From positions 1,984,001-2,048,000 of the forward strand of contig CBFFSA010000001.1 in assembly GCA_965644495.1 (NCBI GenBank): DNA of 64,000 bases. The letters are read 5' to 3'. The position numbers were made by a program, and so were the translations under genes. Shown piece after piece: positions 53,611-64,000 of this stretch. This stretch comes from Perkinsela sp. CCAP 1560/9 (lineage: Eukaryota; Protista; Euglenozoa: Kinetoplastea). The notes under the pieces are model-generated. The model had not been told where the DNA came from. It made no database searches and saw only the letters and a program-made list of their open reading frames with translations. Position 1 is the stretch's first letter, and every line of letters begins with the position of its first letter.

Positions 53611-54819
53611 ATGAATGAAGAGCTCCCCTTGTCGGACAGTGGCATGCATCGTACCTCGTCAGTTCGAGAGCGAGCTTGGAGACATAGGCTTTCGCACCTT
53701 GTTGCTCAGGCGGACATGTTTCTTAAACCCCGAGAAGATTTCAAGTCTCACACCTCTTCTCCGTACGGTCTAGCAATTCATCTTATCACGTTTCTTTTCT
53801 TATTGTCTCTCACAGGGTATGAGATATGGGCAACACGCATCTCCCCTCCCTTTTTTTCAAAATATGTTCGAGTGGATGGAACTGTTGATGGAATGGTTCC
53901 ACTGCATTTCAACATTACGTTACCCCACGTACAATGCCTTGATGCGACGCTCGACGTGATGGATGCTGTAGGACTGCAGCAAAATGACCTACAACAAAAT
54001 GTGCAAAAAATACCCGTCGATCGCGGTGGTAAACTCCTTTGGGAGGGCTTCTACGAAGAGGGTAAGAATCCAAACTCACGACAGGGAAGCACTGCGTACG
54101 ACCCTCGTAATGACCCGCTTTCTCCACTTTATTGTGGATCATGTGATCTCCCAGAACTCGTCTCTGAACAGCGCCTCTCCGACTCCTCTTCCTTTTTTTC
54201 TTCTGCTTTTTGTTGCAATACTTGTGAGAGTATTCTGAGTCTGTACGATAGGCATCAAATACCACGTCCCGCGCTCCCCACCATACCACAATGTCATCAT
54301 GAGCTCTCCCTGTTCCACCCCGGTTGTAATCTCCAGGGCACCATACTTTTACACAAAGTCCGAGGGAGTATGCACGTGATCCCAGGAACGCGCACAGAGC
54401 TGTCGAGTCTTCTCTTCGAGCCTGGCCGCATCTGTCCGCTAAATTCTTCCCATCGAATTCACCATATATGGTTTGGGACCGATCGAACCGCTAGTGAACC
54501 GATGCCACTCAAGGAGTACACGCATATCTCGGAGCAATCACAATTTGTAAAATACTTTTTGCAAATCATGCCCGCATCAAGGGAGACACACGACGGGTTT
54601 ACCTACACAGCCAGTGCACAGCACTATGATGCCGAAACGGGCTTACAACCAGGTGTGTTCTTTTCGTTTGATTTTACCCCGATGCACCTGCTCAGTTTGG
54701 ATGACAAGGAGGATCTCAGCCGCCTTTGTATTCGTCTATGCGGTATTTTTGGCGGTCTATTTTTGTTTCATCGACTTGCCTTGTATTTTACAACATCAAT
54801 GACGAAAGAAACCATGTAG
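53611..54819 (+). CDS. ERGIC3: ERGIC3/Erv46-like COPII vesicle protein
   Basis: DMFLKPRED, FNITLPHVQC..LDVMD, YCGSC, CCNTCE, GCNLQG..KVRG, PGVFFSFDFTP, LCGIFGG. Confidence 0.9.
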   Translation: MNEELPLSDSGMHRTSSVRERAWRHRLSHLVAQADMFLKPREDFKSHTSSPYGLAIHLITFLFLLSLTGYEIWATRISPPFFSKYVRVDGTVDGMVPLHFNITLPHVQCLDATLDVMDAVGLQQNDLQQNVQKIPVDRGGKLLWEGFYEEGKNPNSRQGSTAYDPRNDPLSPLYCGSCDLPELVSEQRLSDSSSFFSSAFCCNTCESILSLYDRHQIPRPALPTIPQCHHELSLFHPGCNLQGTILLHKVRGSMHVIPGTRTELSSLLFEPGRICPLNSSHRIHHIWFGTDRTASEPMPLKEYTHISEQSQFVKYFLQIMPASRETHDGFTYTASAQHYDAETGLQPGVFFSFDFTPMHLLSLDDKEDLSRLCIRLCGIFGGLFLFHRLALYFTTSMTKETM

Positions 54820-54996
54820 CGCAGACGAAAATTTAGAATGCAGAAAACGAATAGTTTGAGAGCTATATTTTGCATGGTGATAGCTTCGTGGGATATTACG
54901 TCAGTTTTTTTCATCCGGTTTGATGGTCAATATGAAAAACGCATGACATATTCTACACCCATAAGTTAGCACTAGTAAATAAATTTACATTGGCAT

Positions 54997-55870
54997 ATGC
55001 TACGTTCGCATTTGATTAAAGTTTCTTGTCATATTGTTATTTGCTTATTCGCAATGCTATCTTTTTTTGAAACTGCAGATGTACGAAATACGGTGGGACG
55101 AGTGCGCGGCGCCTTCCTTCCACAAGCATATAAACTCAGTCGCGTACTACGGAATACTACAAAACTGCATTCGAGTTGGAGTACGGAAACGACAGCATGT
55201 CGATGGACGGGCGTGGGTTGTGATGCGTAGAAACAAGTCAGTGATATCCGGTGGGGCACGCAGGGACTGAGAGGAACAATTTTTTGGATTGATTTTCCAC
55301 AAACCGTGAAACTGATTATTCATGGAGTTTATAGTTTTAAAGGAGGTATAAATCAAATTGAAGGCGTTCTTCCCACATCGGACTTACCATCAGCGCTAAA
55401 CATGTTCATACTTGACAGCAACAAGTTGAGTGAAGTAATACGCTTCGATCAGCTTCCCATGAGTTTGGTATCATTGGAAGTGGCTGATAGTCAGTTTGAG
55501 GGAGTCGTGACCCTTCATACGCTTCCGCCTATCTTACTTAACCTGGACTTACGACAAAATCGATTCTCGGGGGACTTAACTATAATTTGCCTCCAGAGTT
55601 GGAATGTCTCAACATTTCCGAAAACTTTATTAGCGGGCATCTAAATCTCCCAAAAAAATTGGATTCAATTGATTTAGATGAAAATTCAGCGGGAATCTTG
55701 ATTTTTCTTCCCTTTCACCATTTCTCAAACTCCTGTATCTACTAGGCAATTGTCTTGATGGAAATCTAGACCTCAGTAACGCCGTTTCTTTATGTGCATT
55801 GGACGTACGTTGAAATAATTTTTCATCCATCGTGTCAAGCCCTCCACAGGTTTATTTGCGCTACGACCCA
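54997..55870 (+). pseudogene. LRR pseudogene
   Basis: CRWTGVGCD cap and LRR units broken by several stops and frameshifts. Confidence 0.75.
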
Positions 55871-55898
55871 TAATAGCTTTGAAAGTCCCTTTCATATA

Positions 55899-57003
55899 CT
55901 CCCCCCTTCATTAATTTCTATAAATGCCTTACCGAAGTTTTTGAAAAAAAAGTTATAGATTTGTGAAAAATTATATTTTCGCTCGGAGGTCAACTTTTGC
56001 GACAGTTCTTTTCGGAACTATACCTATCTTGGATCAAGACGAGGACGAAGCTCATGAAACTTTCGCTTCGGAAAGTGCTGATCAACCTTTTGCACTCTGA
56101 AATTATAACCAGTGCACATTTTTCCGTCCACAGCAACGGTTTTCTATTTGTCGTATCTAAGTTTTTTCTGTGGTTTTGCTCTTTTTTTAAGTTTTTTGGA
56201 ATCGCCGAGTCTCTATCCCAATATACCCTGAATATTCCTGTTTCCTCATCGCTTTTTTAACACCTACGCTGGTCGATAATACTTTCTTTCTGACCGGCGA
56301 CCTACCGGACCTTCCTTCTTGAACTTCCTGACAAAACGTCAGCGACGATTGCAGGATGGCAAATACTTTCCTCGACTGGATGCAAGTGCGTGCAGCGAAT
56401 TCTTTGCAAGAACTCAAGGCTCCGCCCGAGCTGAACATGTTTAGGCGCTCTAGATTGTGTCTTTCCGTTCCTTAAAATTCGACATGCAGATGCCCCCAAT
56501 GAAACGCTATCCAATCCGTCAAACGAACCGTCTTCATGGTTAGCTGAAATCGCCCGCAGACTACTTCGCGCATGAAATTAGCTGAACGACGTCTTGGAGG
56601 AAACGACCGAGCTGAAAGGGTTTTTAGGGCGCTCTAGAGCTTTTCCCTCTTTTCGAAGGACAATCAAGTTTTCACGAACGAAGGCTTTCTTTTTTCTACT
56701 CAGTTTTCGCGGACTGCGGCGATTGGGGGACACGATCAGCGAAGACCTACGGTCAACACTTGGGGCTACCCAACCCCTCCATATTAAAGTCAGAAAACTT
56801 TTAGGTTTTGCTTAGTGTCGTGTAAAGTGAGAGTAGCCCGCACCCGGGAGGCCCACAAAAGTATGTTCGAACGTCCACCCACCAAAGTAACCGACCAAAG
56901 AGAATACCCCACTTCATTAATTTCTATAAATATTTATATTTTATAAATATAAATTTGATTTTTTGTTATAATCTATATTTATAGAAATTAATGGAGGGGG
57001 GAG
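55899..57003. mobile_element. Non-autonomous TIR element, family D (1.1 kb)
   Basis: TA|CTCCCCCCTTCATTAATTTCTATAAAT...ATTTATAGAAATTAATGGAGGGGGGAG|TA (27 bp, 1 mismatch); extra internal TIR copy near 56912. Confidence 0.88.
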
Positions 57004-57291
57004 TACAGGTGTACGTCCTACACAGTTTTTATTATTTTATTTTACATGTAGCGTCGCGTACTAATAAAGCGATCCAGGCATAAGGGGGCGAAGGAGATAC
57101 GAAGCAACAGATGTAGCAGATTCCCACTGAAAAGATATTGTATCTCCCTGCACGAGAAATGCTTGCCTTTGCGGTGGCTTGATCGGAGACGAGCTCGTCC
57201 AGGGACTTTATACCTGGATTCTACACTGCATAACCCCACGAAAAACTTGCCAGCTGGCCACCCACTCAAAAAGTGGCCAGCTGTCCAACTA

Positions 57292-57644
57292 CTGTATACC
57301 CCCCCAGTAAGAGAATGGGTTTGGGGTCGAAATGGCCAAATCTCTCTTACTGGGGGGTATGCTTTTTTCGCCAGTTTCCTCTTTTCTCCCAACTTTTTTG
57401 ACTATTTTTTTCTATTTTTTCTTCTGAACACGTGTTAAAACGCTTCTTTGGGTTACCCCCGAGGCCTCCAACATGCAGACACCCACCCCCTACCCCCTAT
57501 ACGCCCCCTGTGGGGCTCCCGAGCCAAATCTCTCTTACTGGTGGTCAGCCCAAAAAGGGCCAAATCTCTCTTACTGGTGGTCAGCCCAAAAAAGGGCCAA
57601 ATCTCTCTTACTGCGGGGGTATCTTACTGGAGGGGGGTATACGG
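57292..57644. mobile_element. MITE family C, copy 2 (inverted)
   Basis: TA|CTGTATACCCCC...GGGGTATACGG|TA; reverse complement of 32684-32997 with one extra repeat unit. Confidence 0.9.
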
Positions 57645-58264
57645 TATTTCAGAAGGTGATCAGCTGGCTACGTTTTCAAGAGGTGGCCAGCTGACCATAA
57701 AAAATCGTGCTTTTTTTCGTTCATTCGTTATGCCACCGGCCACTGAAATGTATTTTGAGAAAAAAAGTATTTCTGGAACTTAGTTTGGGAGCTGAAAAAT
57801 CTTCCCCGAGCTTGGAAAGAGATGTAGTTTATGAATTCGGGGATGAATATCAATCCTCTTCGCGATTTTTAGTCACATTTTTAGTAAACAGGTTCTAAAA
57901 ACTGCGTACTGTGCTCGATTTCTTTCATGTTTAATGCAATGCTGAGATTCTGTAATGAAAAAGACCTGTGCTTTGAAATTTTTGAAAAATCATTTTTATA
58001 CCAATTTCTCTTATACGCGCATCTTATGCTCGTCGAATTAACCTTAGTAAGCGAGTTAGATGCTCACCGTATCTCCCTCAATACACTTTATTCTGACTGA
58101 CTGCACTGTGTCCATTGTGTAGTTACTCCATTGCATTCTGGTTAATAAAAGGGCAGTAGAATTCTTTACAAACTTCTAATGTTCACAATCATTTTCAATG
58201 GCTCTTAGAAAAGAGTTTTTTGCATGATCTCTGGAAAAGCGCTCTCCTCGGAATCCTGGAGCGT

Positions 58265-58681
58265 ATGATTACGTTATCTTTCTACTATTGGCATACAACT
58301 TCTATTGCATACTTTTTCCTCTGTCTTTTCTGCACAAAGCCCAATTCAATACGTAGGATAGGTTGCAGCATAGCATTCGGGAAAGAAGAGTTTGTTAGTA
58401 CTAGTGACGGTTATATTTGTTTGAAGTTGGTAAACAATTCGTATACGAATGGAAGCTTTGCACCATCTCCTAACTTAAATAACTTTTCTGTCCCATCTTT
58501 TCCTGAATCGGGCACCAATACTTCTCGAAAAAAAGTAGATTATGAAGTGGCGCCACGAACTGGTATTCAGTTAGTTCCGGAATTTGTTCAGTGGATTATT
58601 GGATCTATTATTGTGCTGCTAGCGTTAGTAATTGGTCGGTACTTTGATCCTCCTCCATACGGAACAGATCAGAGACCGTAA
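58265..58681 (+). CDS. Small hypothetical membrane protein
   Basis: C-terminal TM segment WIIGSIIVLLALVIG; start uncertain. Confidence 0.45.
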   Translation: MITLSFYYWHTTSIAYFFLCLFCTKPNSIRRIGCSIAFGKEEFVSTSDGYICLKLVNNSYTNGSFAPSPNLNNFSVPSFPESGTNTSRKKVDYEVAPRTGIQLVPEFVQWIIGSIIVLLALVIGRYFDPPPYGTDQRP

Positions 58682-58868
58682 TTTGTTTTTGAATTTGCGC
58701 CTGGGAACACTCCCAGTGAAAGTCTATCAATTCATGCAGTCATGGGTCTCATATTCAAATTATTTTGTTTAGATGCCTACGTGATCCTATCGCAAACTAT
58801 GTACCTTGTTTAACACGAAAATTGATTTCATTTCTTCAATTACGTTCTTCATGAGACACTTGTAATTA

Positions 58869-59825
58869 ATGTCATTCTCAGAGTGTCTGCTGGGTGTGCC
58901 CAAAGACGCCACTATCGATTTTGAAAAGTACCTGAGTCACAAAATTGGTCCTATAAAAAAGCGAGAGGAAGTCTGCGTTGACTTCCAGGATGGCAAATGT
59001 CACAAAGAAGAATGTACGTTCCGCCATGCCTTGGTGAATGATGAGATGTTTCTTCGCAAAGCGCGAAAAGAGGTTTGCAAATATTGGCTACGGGGTCTGT
59101 GCTGCGCTGGGGAGGACTGTCTCTGGCTTCACGAGTACGACGTGGACAAAATTCCTCCTTGTATTTATGTCGAAAAATTAGGCGAGTGTGGGAACCCGGA
59201 GTGTATTTACCAACACCCGGAGGAGAACAGCCGCATCCCGCGGTGCGCGGCCTATGACAGGGGCTTTTGCAGTTTCGGTCCAAACTGCTCCTTGCGTCAT
59301 GTCAAGGGAATGTCCTGTCCAAGTTATCTGGCCGGGTTCTGTCCGTTTGGTCCTCGATGTACGTTACAACATCCTAAGATGGTGTTTTTTGATGAGGAGA
59401 GTGTGCGGGAGCGAATTCGTCATGATCTTGCGGTAAGTCCAGGCTCTCCTAACCTAAAAGTGGTGTGTGATCGCTGTCGCGATCCTGGACACATTGCCCC
59501 TCAGTGCCCTGGAAAAGAGGAGGGAAAAGTGTTTAAGGCGTTGCAGCAGCGTCAGGAGCCCGGAGCCCCTCCGATTCGGGAAGGTTGTTACTATTGCGGG
59601 GAGAGGGATCATGTGGCTCGTACGTGTCCGAAGCGCACGGACGATTTTCAAAAATCGAACCGTGTTCGCTCAACTCGGTATCAAGAGCGCTCTCATTTTC
59701 AACGTGGAGGAACGGAGGGCAGGTTTCCGTCTGATGGGAATTCAAACGAAATGCGCTACAAAGAGCCGGGATGGGGGTCCAATTTCCGATTGCAAACTAC
59801 GTCCGTTCAAGAAAATTCTAGATAG
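58869..59825 (+). CDS. CPSF30: Cleavage and polyadenylation specificity factor 30 kDa
   Basis: Five CCCH fingers (VCKYWLRGLC...CLWLHEYD) plus two CCHC knuckles. Confidence 0.92.
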   Translation: MSFSECLLGVPKDATIDFEKYLSHKIGPIKKREEVCVDFQDGKCHKEECTFRHALVNDEMFLRKARKEVCKYWLRGLCCAGEDCLWLHEYDVDKIPPCIYVEKLGECGNPECIYQHPEENSRIPRCAAYDRGFCSFGPNCSLRHVKGMSCPSYLAGFCPFGPRCTLQHPKMVFFDEESVRERIRHDLAVSPGSPNLKVVCDRCRDPGHIAPQCPGKEEGKVFKALQQRQEPGAPPIREGCYYCGERDHVARTCPKRTDDFQKSNRVRSTRYQERSHFQRGGTEGRFPSDGNSNEMRYKEPGWGSNFRLQTTSVQENSR

Positions 59826-60099
59826 AAGTTGAACATGTTTTGTTTCGTAAACTTATGCTGGAATACAGGGTCCGCGGCGCAGTATCGTACACTGTATGGT
59901 ATGGTATTTCCGTTCATTTTTCAGTGAGATACAGTGTATGTAAATTATATCGTTGGGATTTATTCGCTTATTGTACATGTAAACTTATCGTTGTAAGCTT
60001 TATCATATTGAACACCACGTAATATTTATTTCGCTTTTTCTACTTTTGAAGAGTAGGTACACGTTCTATAATTTTGTTTCTGATGTGTTGTATCAAATA

Positions 60100-61464
60100 A
60101 TGAAAAACATCAACTTTCTTCTCAACGAACTAAAACGTTTACGAAGGCGGTTGCCATCGGTTGGAGACTTAGCTGTGGGAGAGAATTCACAAGTTACTTC
60201 ATGTGCAACAGATATTCGAACAGAGGCTTGCAAAGCTTGGAACGGAACGCTTCCTCTTTCTTCTCATGACCTCCAAAGCTTCCTTCAACACAACGGTATT
60301 ACAATCAAATGTGATAACGTAGATGAACTTGGCGCAGCAACGCAGCAACACAATGTACGAGCAGAAACAAGATCTGATTATATAGGTTGTTCAAAAGTTT
60401 TCATAGATTTGTGGCGCGAGGCCGGGTATTTGGGTCTAGATTTACCGAAACAACACTGGGATGAATTACTCTGTCCAATTTTGAGGGAAAGTAGCACACT
60501 CCCTCTCTTGTACCAGGTTTTGCTTTATTCTGTTCTCCTGCTTCATCGCAGAGACGATTATTTAGAACTACTTTCAACTCAAATATCTTCTTTAATACCT
60601 TGTGGTGGACTACCAGAACTCCTTACTCTTGCACGCACTCTAAGCTCTAACCTGAACAGAACCCATAGCACTAGACTTGAGGTAGCCTTAATGAGACGAG
60701 TGCATGCATTAGCTTTGTCCTTACCATCCGAAAGCATGGTGGAAGTGTTGCTCTCGACGGCGAATGTACGTACAAACACGTTTCCTTGGATAGACCTTCT
60801 TCCTCTTTTTCTGAAACGTCATCTCCCACGATGCGGAGAGGACGAAAGCTACAGCGTACTACATACTGCTTTAACAACTCACAATTTTCGCAATGAGGCT
60901 AAAATTCGAAATATATTGGACCATCTCATCCTTCTTTCTCAATTGCGTATTGAAAAGAGTCTCAGTGGTGGAAAGCTCCGAAGTAGTAACTGTGAGCATG
61001 ATGAATTACAGAACCCTCACATTGTTTCTTCGCGGAGGCTGAGTTTAACGGAGCATCACGCATCAGAGTTTTGTACGCTAATTTCTCGAGACTCTTTTTT
61101 ACAGCATATCATGCTCTCTTCAAGTCAATACCGGCGCTATCTACTCGAATATCTTTTGCCTGTCTGCTTTTTCGGGTCTCCAAATTTAAACGAAAAATTC
61201 TCGAACAAAATGAAAGAGTCCAAACGCTCCAAAGTTAAGGATATACCTGCGAAGCATATTATCGGTGTTGCTAAAGTACTACTACTGCTACACAATGCTC
61301 TCTGCTCTTCCAATACAACCGAAATGTCACACGACAATATGAGTCCGTACAGGTCGAAAACTCTGCTTCGATACTTTGCTGGTGAAGTAGGGCCGGAACT
61401 CGCTTCTCGTTCTCCTCCTTATCTACGTAGGGAATTGGAGCACACGTTTCGGATTGGTAACTGA
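60100..61464 (+). CDS. Hypothetical Leu-rich helical protein
   Basis: About 454-aa ORF. Confidence 0.6.
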   Translation: MKNINFLLNELKRLRRRLPSVGDLAVGENSQVTSCATDIRTEACKAWNGTLPLSSHDLQSFLQHNGITIKCDNVDELGAATQQHNVRAETRSDYIGCSKVFIDLWREAGYLGLDLPKQHWDELLCPILRESSTLPLLYQVLLYSVLLLHRRDDYLELLSTQISSLIPCGGLPELLTLARTLSSNLNRTHSTRLEVALMRRVHALALSLPSESMVEVLLSTANVRTNTFPWIDLLPLFLKRHLPRCGEDESYSVLHTALTTHNFRNEAKIRNILDHLILLSQLRIEKSLSGGKLRSSNCEHDELQNPHIVSSRRLSLTEHHASEFCTLISRDSFLQHIMLSSSQYRRYLLEYLLPVCFFGSPNLNEKFSNKMKESKRSKVKDIPAKHIIGVAKVLLLLHNALCSSNTTEMSHDNMSPYRSKTLLRYFAGEVGPELASRSPPYLRRELEHTFRIGN

Positions 61465-61711
61465 ACCTTCGCATGACCTTTCGATAAGCTTTGCTACAGT
61501 TAATGTCACCGTACGACGAGCGTTGTTAGCGCAATGGTCATTCATAACGGTCTTCATATGACATACAGTTCTCAATGAATGGAGGTCAAAACTGTCCATA
61601 TTTTCACTTTTTGTTTATCATAAATTACGGTGTCTATTAAAACTTCAATCTAAATAGAAACAGGAGCTTCTCAATTATCATCATTATTTAAAATATGGAT
61701 TACGGAATTAA

Positions 61712-63973
61712 ATGAATGTATCGTTGAGTTATTGTGTTCGTGAATTAGAACGCAGAGCTCACACATGGGGATCCGCTTGGATATTGCTCTGTGTTCAAGA
61801 TCTTCGCCGAATTCAATTTCAGCCTTGTGTACAAGGCACGAATGCTCTACTAAAAGCACAAAACGTAGTTTACAATCATTTACACTCAACCTCAGAGCGT
61901 TCAACACGTGACTCAGATACGCCAGAAAGAGATATTAGTTGCTGCGAAATAATCTCTAGTCTTCGGGAAATGAGTGAGCTTTCTCTCCTTGATTTCGAAC
62001 TGACAAAAACTGCATGCGGTGTTTTACGCCCGATGCTCTGCAAACGAATGGAAATGAAATTACTAAGTGTCAATGATCTTGTTTTTTCGGCAGAAGTATC
62101 TCTTTCATGCGAAGCCTTCTATGCCAATTCTCTTGCTCGGCGCATTATAGAGTATCTTGTTGAACATCGAGGACACCAACTTACTTTGTCTCATTTCGCG
62201 TCTATTTTAAGCGTATACAGGAAAACGAATCTAGAACGCGAAGAATCTCCTTCAAATGTTGGAACACTTCCAAATCGTTTCGTCCATTTGCTAAGTAGGT
62301 CTCTGAAGACAGAAAAGGCAGTTTGCGCACTGGATTACTGCAAACTTCTTATTAACGCAACTGCCTTTCCTGAATTGTCCGAAAATTTAAGCGAAGGTCC
62401 CGCTATGCAGCTTTTGTGTCGTTATTGTGTTGACGGAATAAATGAAATGAGCAATATAGACATATGGGTCGAGTTTTTATTAACCGCAGTACCACGTTTT
62501 CCTTATTTATACGTCAGCTCTGAAATTGGAAATGCCATGATACGAAATTTTCCTAACCTAAAAATTTCTGAGCTTTCACTCGCCCAAGCAACAAATATCT
62601 TAGAAGGTATTCTGCGTTTAGAATGGGACGAAAAGACACCCGCAAATAGTCGATCAATGCAAATCTTGAAAGCTTTTGTTCAAGATGTTCGTGACGCAAG
62701 TGAAAATGGGATTGTCATGAATTCGAAAAGTGGAAAGAAGGAAGACAAACGAAAAACATCTCGTCGTGACAAGACTACTCTTTCCGAATCTCGTTTTACT
62801 GCTATCACTTTAGCTTTTGGGGTTCGAGTGTTTGCCGCCCCGGATGAAGTTCTCTGCAATGAGTTGTTTGATTTTTTAATCAACCGTAATATTGAGGAAC
62901 TAAGTGCCTTCGAATTCATTACCTTATTTAGGGAAGCTCGACGCTTTCCTCTTTTTTCTCAAACCCGCATGGTGAGGTTATTTGACAATCTCTTAGGCGC
63001 TCGTTTTTATAGGTTACAGAAAGAAAAAATGGACGTACACTCTTTGCTACTTCTTATTGAACTTGCAGGTTTGTACAAGACAGTTAATCTAGCTGTTATC
63101 AGATGTGCAGCAATCCATTTTCAGAAACTTATCCCTACTATGAGTCCAACTATTCTTTTACGTGGAGGAACGTCACTTCTGCGGTTTCGTGTGAACGTTC
63201 CGGAGCTATGGGCCGATTTCTCAAGGCGGCTTTGGGATTTCGTTTTGCACCCAGACACCGAAGGGGGTGGATGGGCCTTCGATACGTTTACTTTGGCTTC
63301 CGCAAGTAGACTTGGAGTTGAATTACATGAAATGCAGCTAGGGGTGGCGAACAGGCAAGCACTTTCCCTCTTAGAGGAAGCCTATTATTCACGTTTCTCG
63401 ACACTCACTCTTGAAGGAATGCCACAAGCGTGGGACACACTTCGATATGGACAGCTTGGTACAGTAAAACGGCAACAAGCCGGTGTGCAGCTTTTGGCCA
63501 CATTGCACAATCATTTAGGGATTCCTTGGAGGGAAAGCGTGAGGTCGTCTCTATCCAGAACATCGACTCACGCAGAGCTTCCAATTGCGTCTTCTTCCGA
63601 ATCGCACGATAAATATAAATTTTCTTTGGATGCGGATACAGATATTCTTTTATGTTTGCGGATTATTCATGGAATTGTGGGCTGCTCTAAGCTTCTTGAG
63701 TCATCACACGTAAAGGACTCCATTTTGCATCTTCTTAAAAACAATGTACAACCAAAGCTGAAGCTCGTTCTTGCTCCTCTTTTTGTCACACTCATGCGCG
63801 ATGTACAATTTCTAGAAAAAGTGGAAGAGACCTTTCCTTATTTAGAAGACTTTCAGGACAACTCTCTTCGATTATGGGAACGCTTGTCTCCTCCAAGTAG
63901 GAAAGACGTCATTCGAGGCCTGTTGGTTCTCGGCGCTTCAAGCACTGAACTTGCCTCCAGATTCCAGAGTTGA
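61712..63973 (+). CDS. Hypothetical alpha-helical (repeat-like) protein
   Basis: 753-aa Leu-rich ORF. Confidence 0.65.
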   Translation: MNVSLSYCVRELERRAHTWGSAWILLCVQDLRRIQFQPCVQGTNALLKAQNVVYNHLHSTSERSTRDSDTPERDISCCEIISSLREMSELSLLDFELTKTACGVLRPMLCKRMEMKLLSVNDLVFSAEVSLSCEAFYANSLARRIIEYLVEHRGHQLTLSHFASILSVYRKTNLEREESPSNVGTLPNRFVHLLSRSLKTEKAVCALDYCKLLINATAFPELSENLSEGPAMQLLCRYCVDGINEMSNIDIWVEFLLTAVPRFPYLYVSSEIGNAMIRNFPNLKISELSLAQATNILEGILRLEWDEKTPANSRSMQILKAFVQDVRDASENGIVMNSKSGKKEDKRKTSRRDKTTLSESRFTAITLAFGVRVFAAPDEVLCNELFDFLINRNIEELSAFEFITLFREARRFPLFSQTRMVRLFDNLLGARFYRLQKEKMDVHSLLLLIELAGLYKTVNLAVIRCAAIHFQKLIPTMSPTILLRGGTSLLRFRVNVPELWADFSRRLWDFVLHPDTEGGGWAFDTFTLASASRLGVELHEMQLGVANRQALSLLEEAYYSRFSTLTLEGMPQAWDTLRYGQLGTVKRQQAGVQLLATLHNHLGIPWRESVRSSLSRTSTHAELPIASSSESHDKYKFSLDADTDILLCLRIIHGIVGCSKLLESSHVKDSILHLLKNNVQPKLKLVLAPLFVTLMRDVQFLEKVEETFPYLEDFQDNSLRLWERLSPPSRKDVIRGLLVLGASSTELASRFQS

Positions 63974-64000
63974 AGGATTGTGTTCCATTCTCTTCGTTTT

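Noticed and set aside
59926-59952. Second SL-like patch gatacagtgtatgtaaattatatcg
   Set aside because: Only an 8-nt exact match within AT-rich sequence; compatible with chance.
1-64000. tRNA, rRNA or snRNA genes, and an alternative genetic code
   Set aside because: No such RNA genes were recognised by eye (a covariance-model search would be needed). Conserved genes translate fully with the standard code and use all three stops.

Overview
Eukaryotic nuclear DNA from a kinetoplastid. About 28 intron-less genes all lie on the + strand (one polycistronic cluster), with polypyrimidine/AG trans-splice acceptors and a kinetoplastid-type nuclear ATP synthase subunit c. The dispersed short LRR genes and divergent proteins suggest a Perkinsela-like lineage; this is inference only. 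Recognisable genes: GPI8, OTU1, two tandem 2-oxoglutarate dehydrogenase E1 paralogs, IPK1, eS7, ATP9, Leo1, a DEAD-box protein, eIF2-beta, an RNase III-like protein, an ABCD transporter, TFIIS, ERGIC3/Erv46 and CPSF30. Main observations: (1) The two E1o paralogs are reciprocally degenerate. One keeps an intact pyrimidine-binding half-site and the other an intact diphosphate/substrate half-site, which predicts an obligate heterodimer with one active site. (2) About 11 roughly 1-kb islands switch symmetrically from C/A-rich to G/T-rich inside genes. (3) A spliced-leader-like relic plus an mRNA-like 5' end sits inside a TIR element. (4) DNA transposons are abundant: a DD34E Tc1, at least five TA-flanked MITE families (some nested, with the empty sites visible in this window), hAT and pogo relics, and a CRE/SLACS-type retroelement fragment. 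There is one 200-N scaffold gap at 2129-2328. All calls come from motif reading by eye; no database searches were run.
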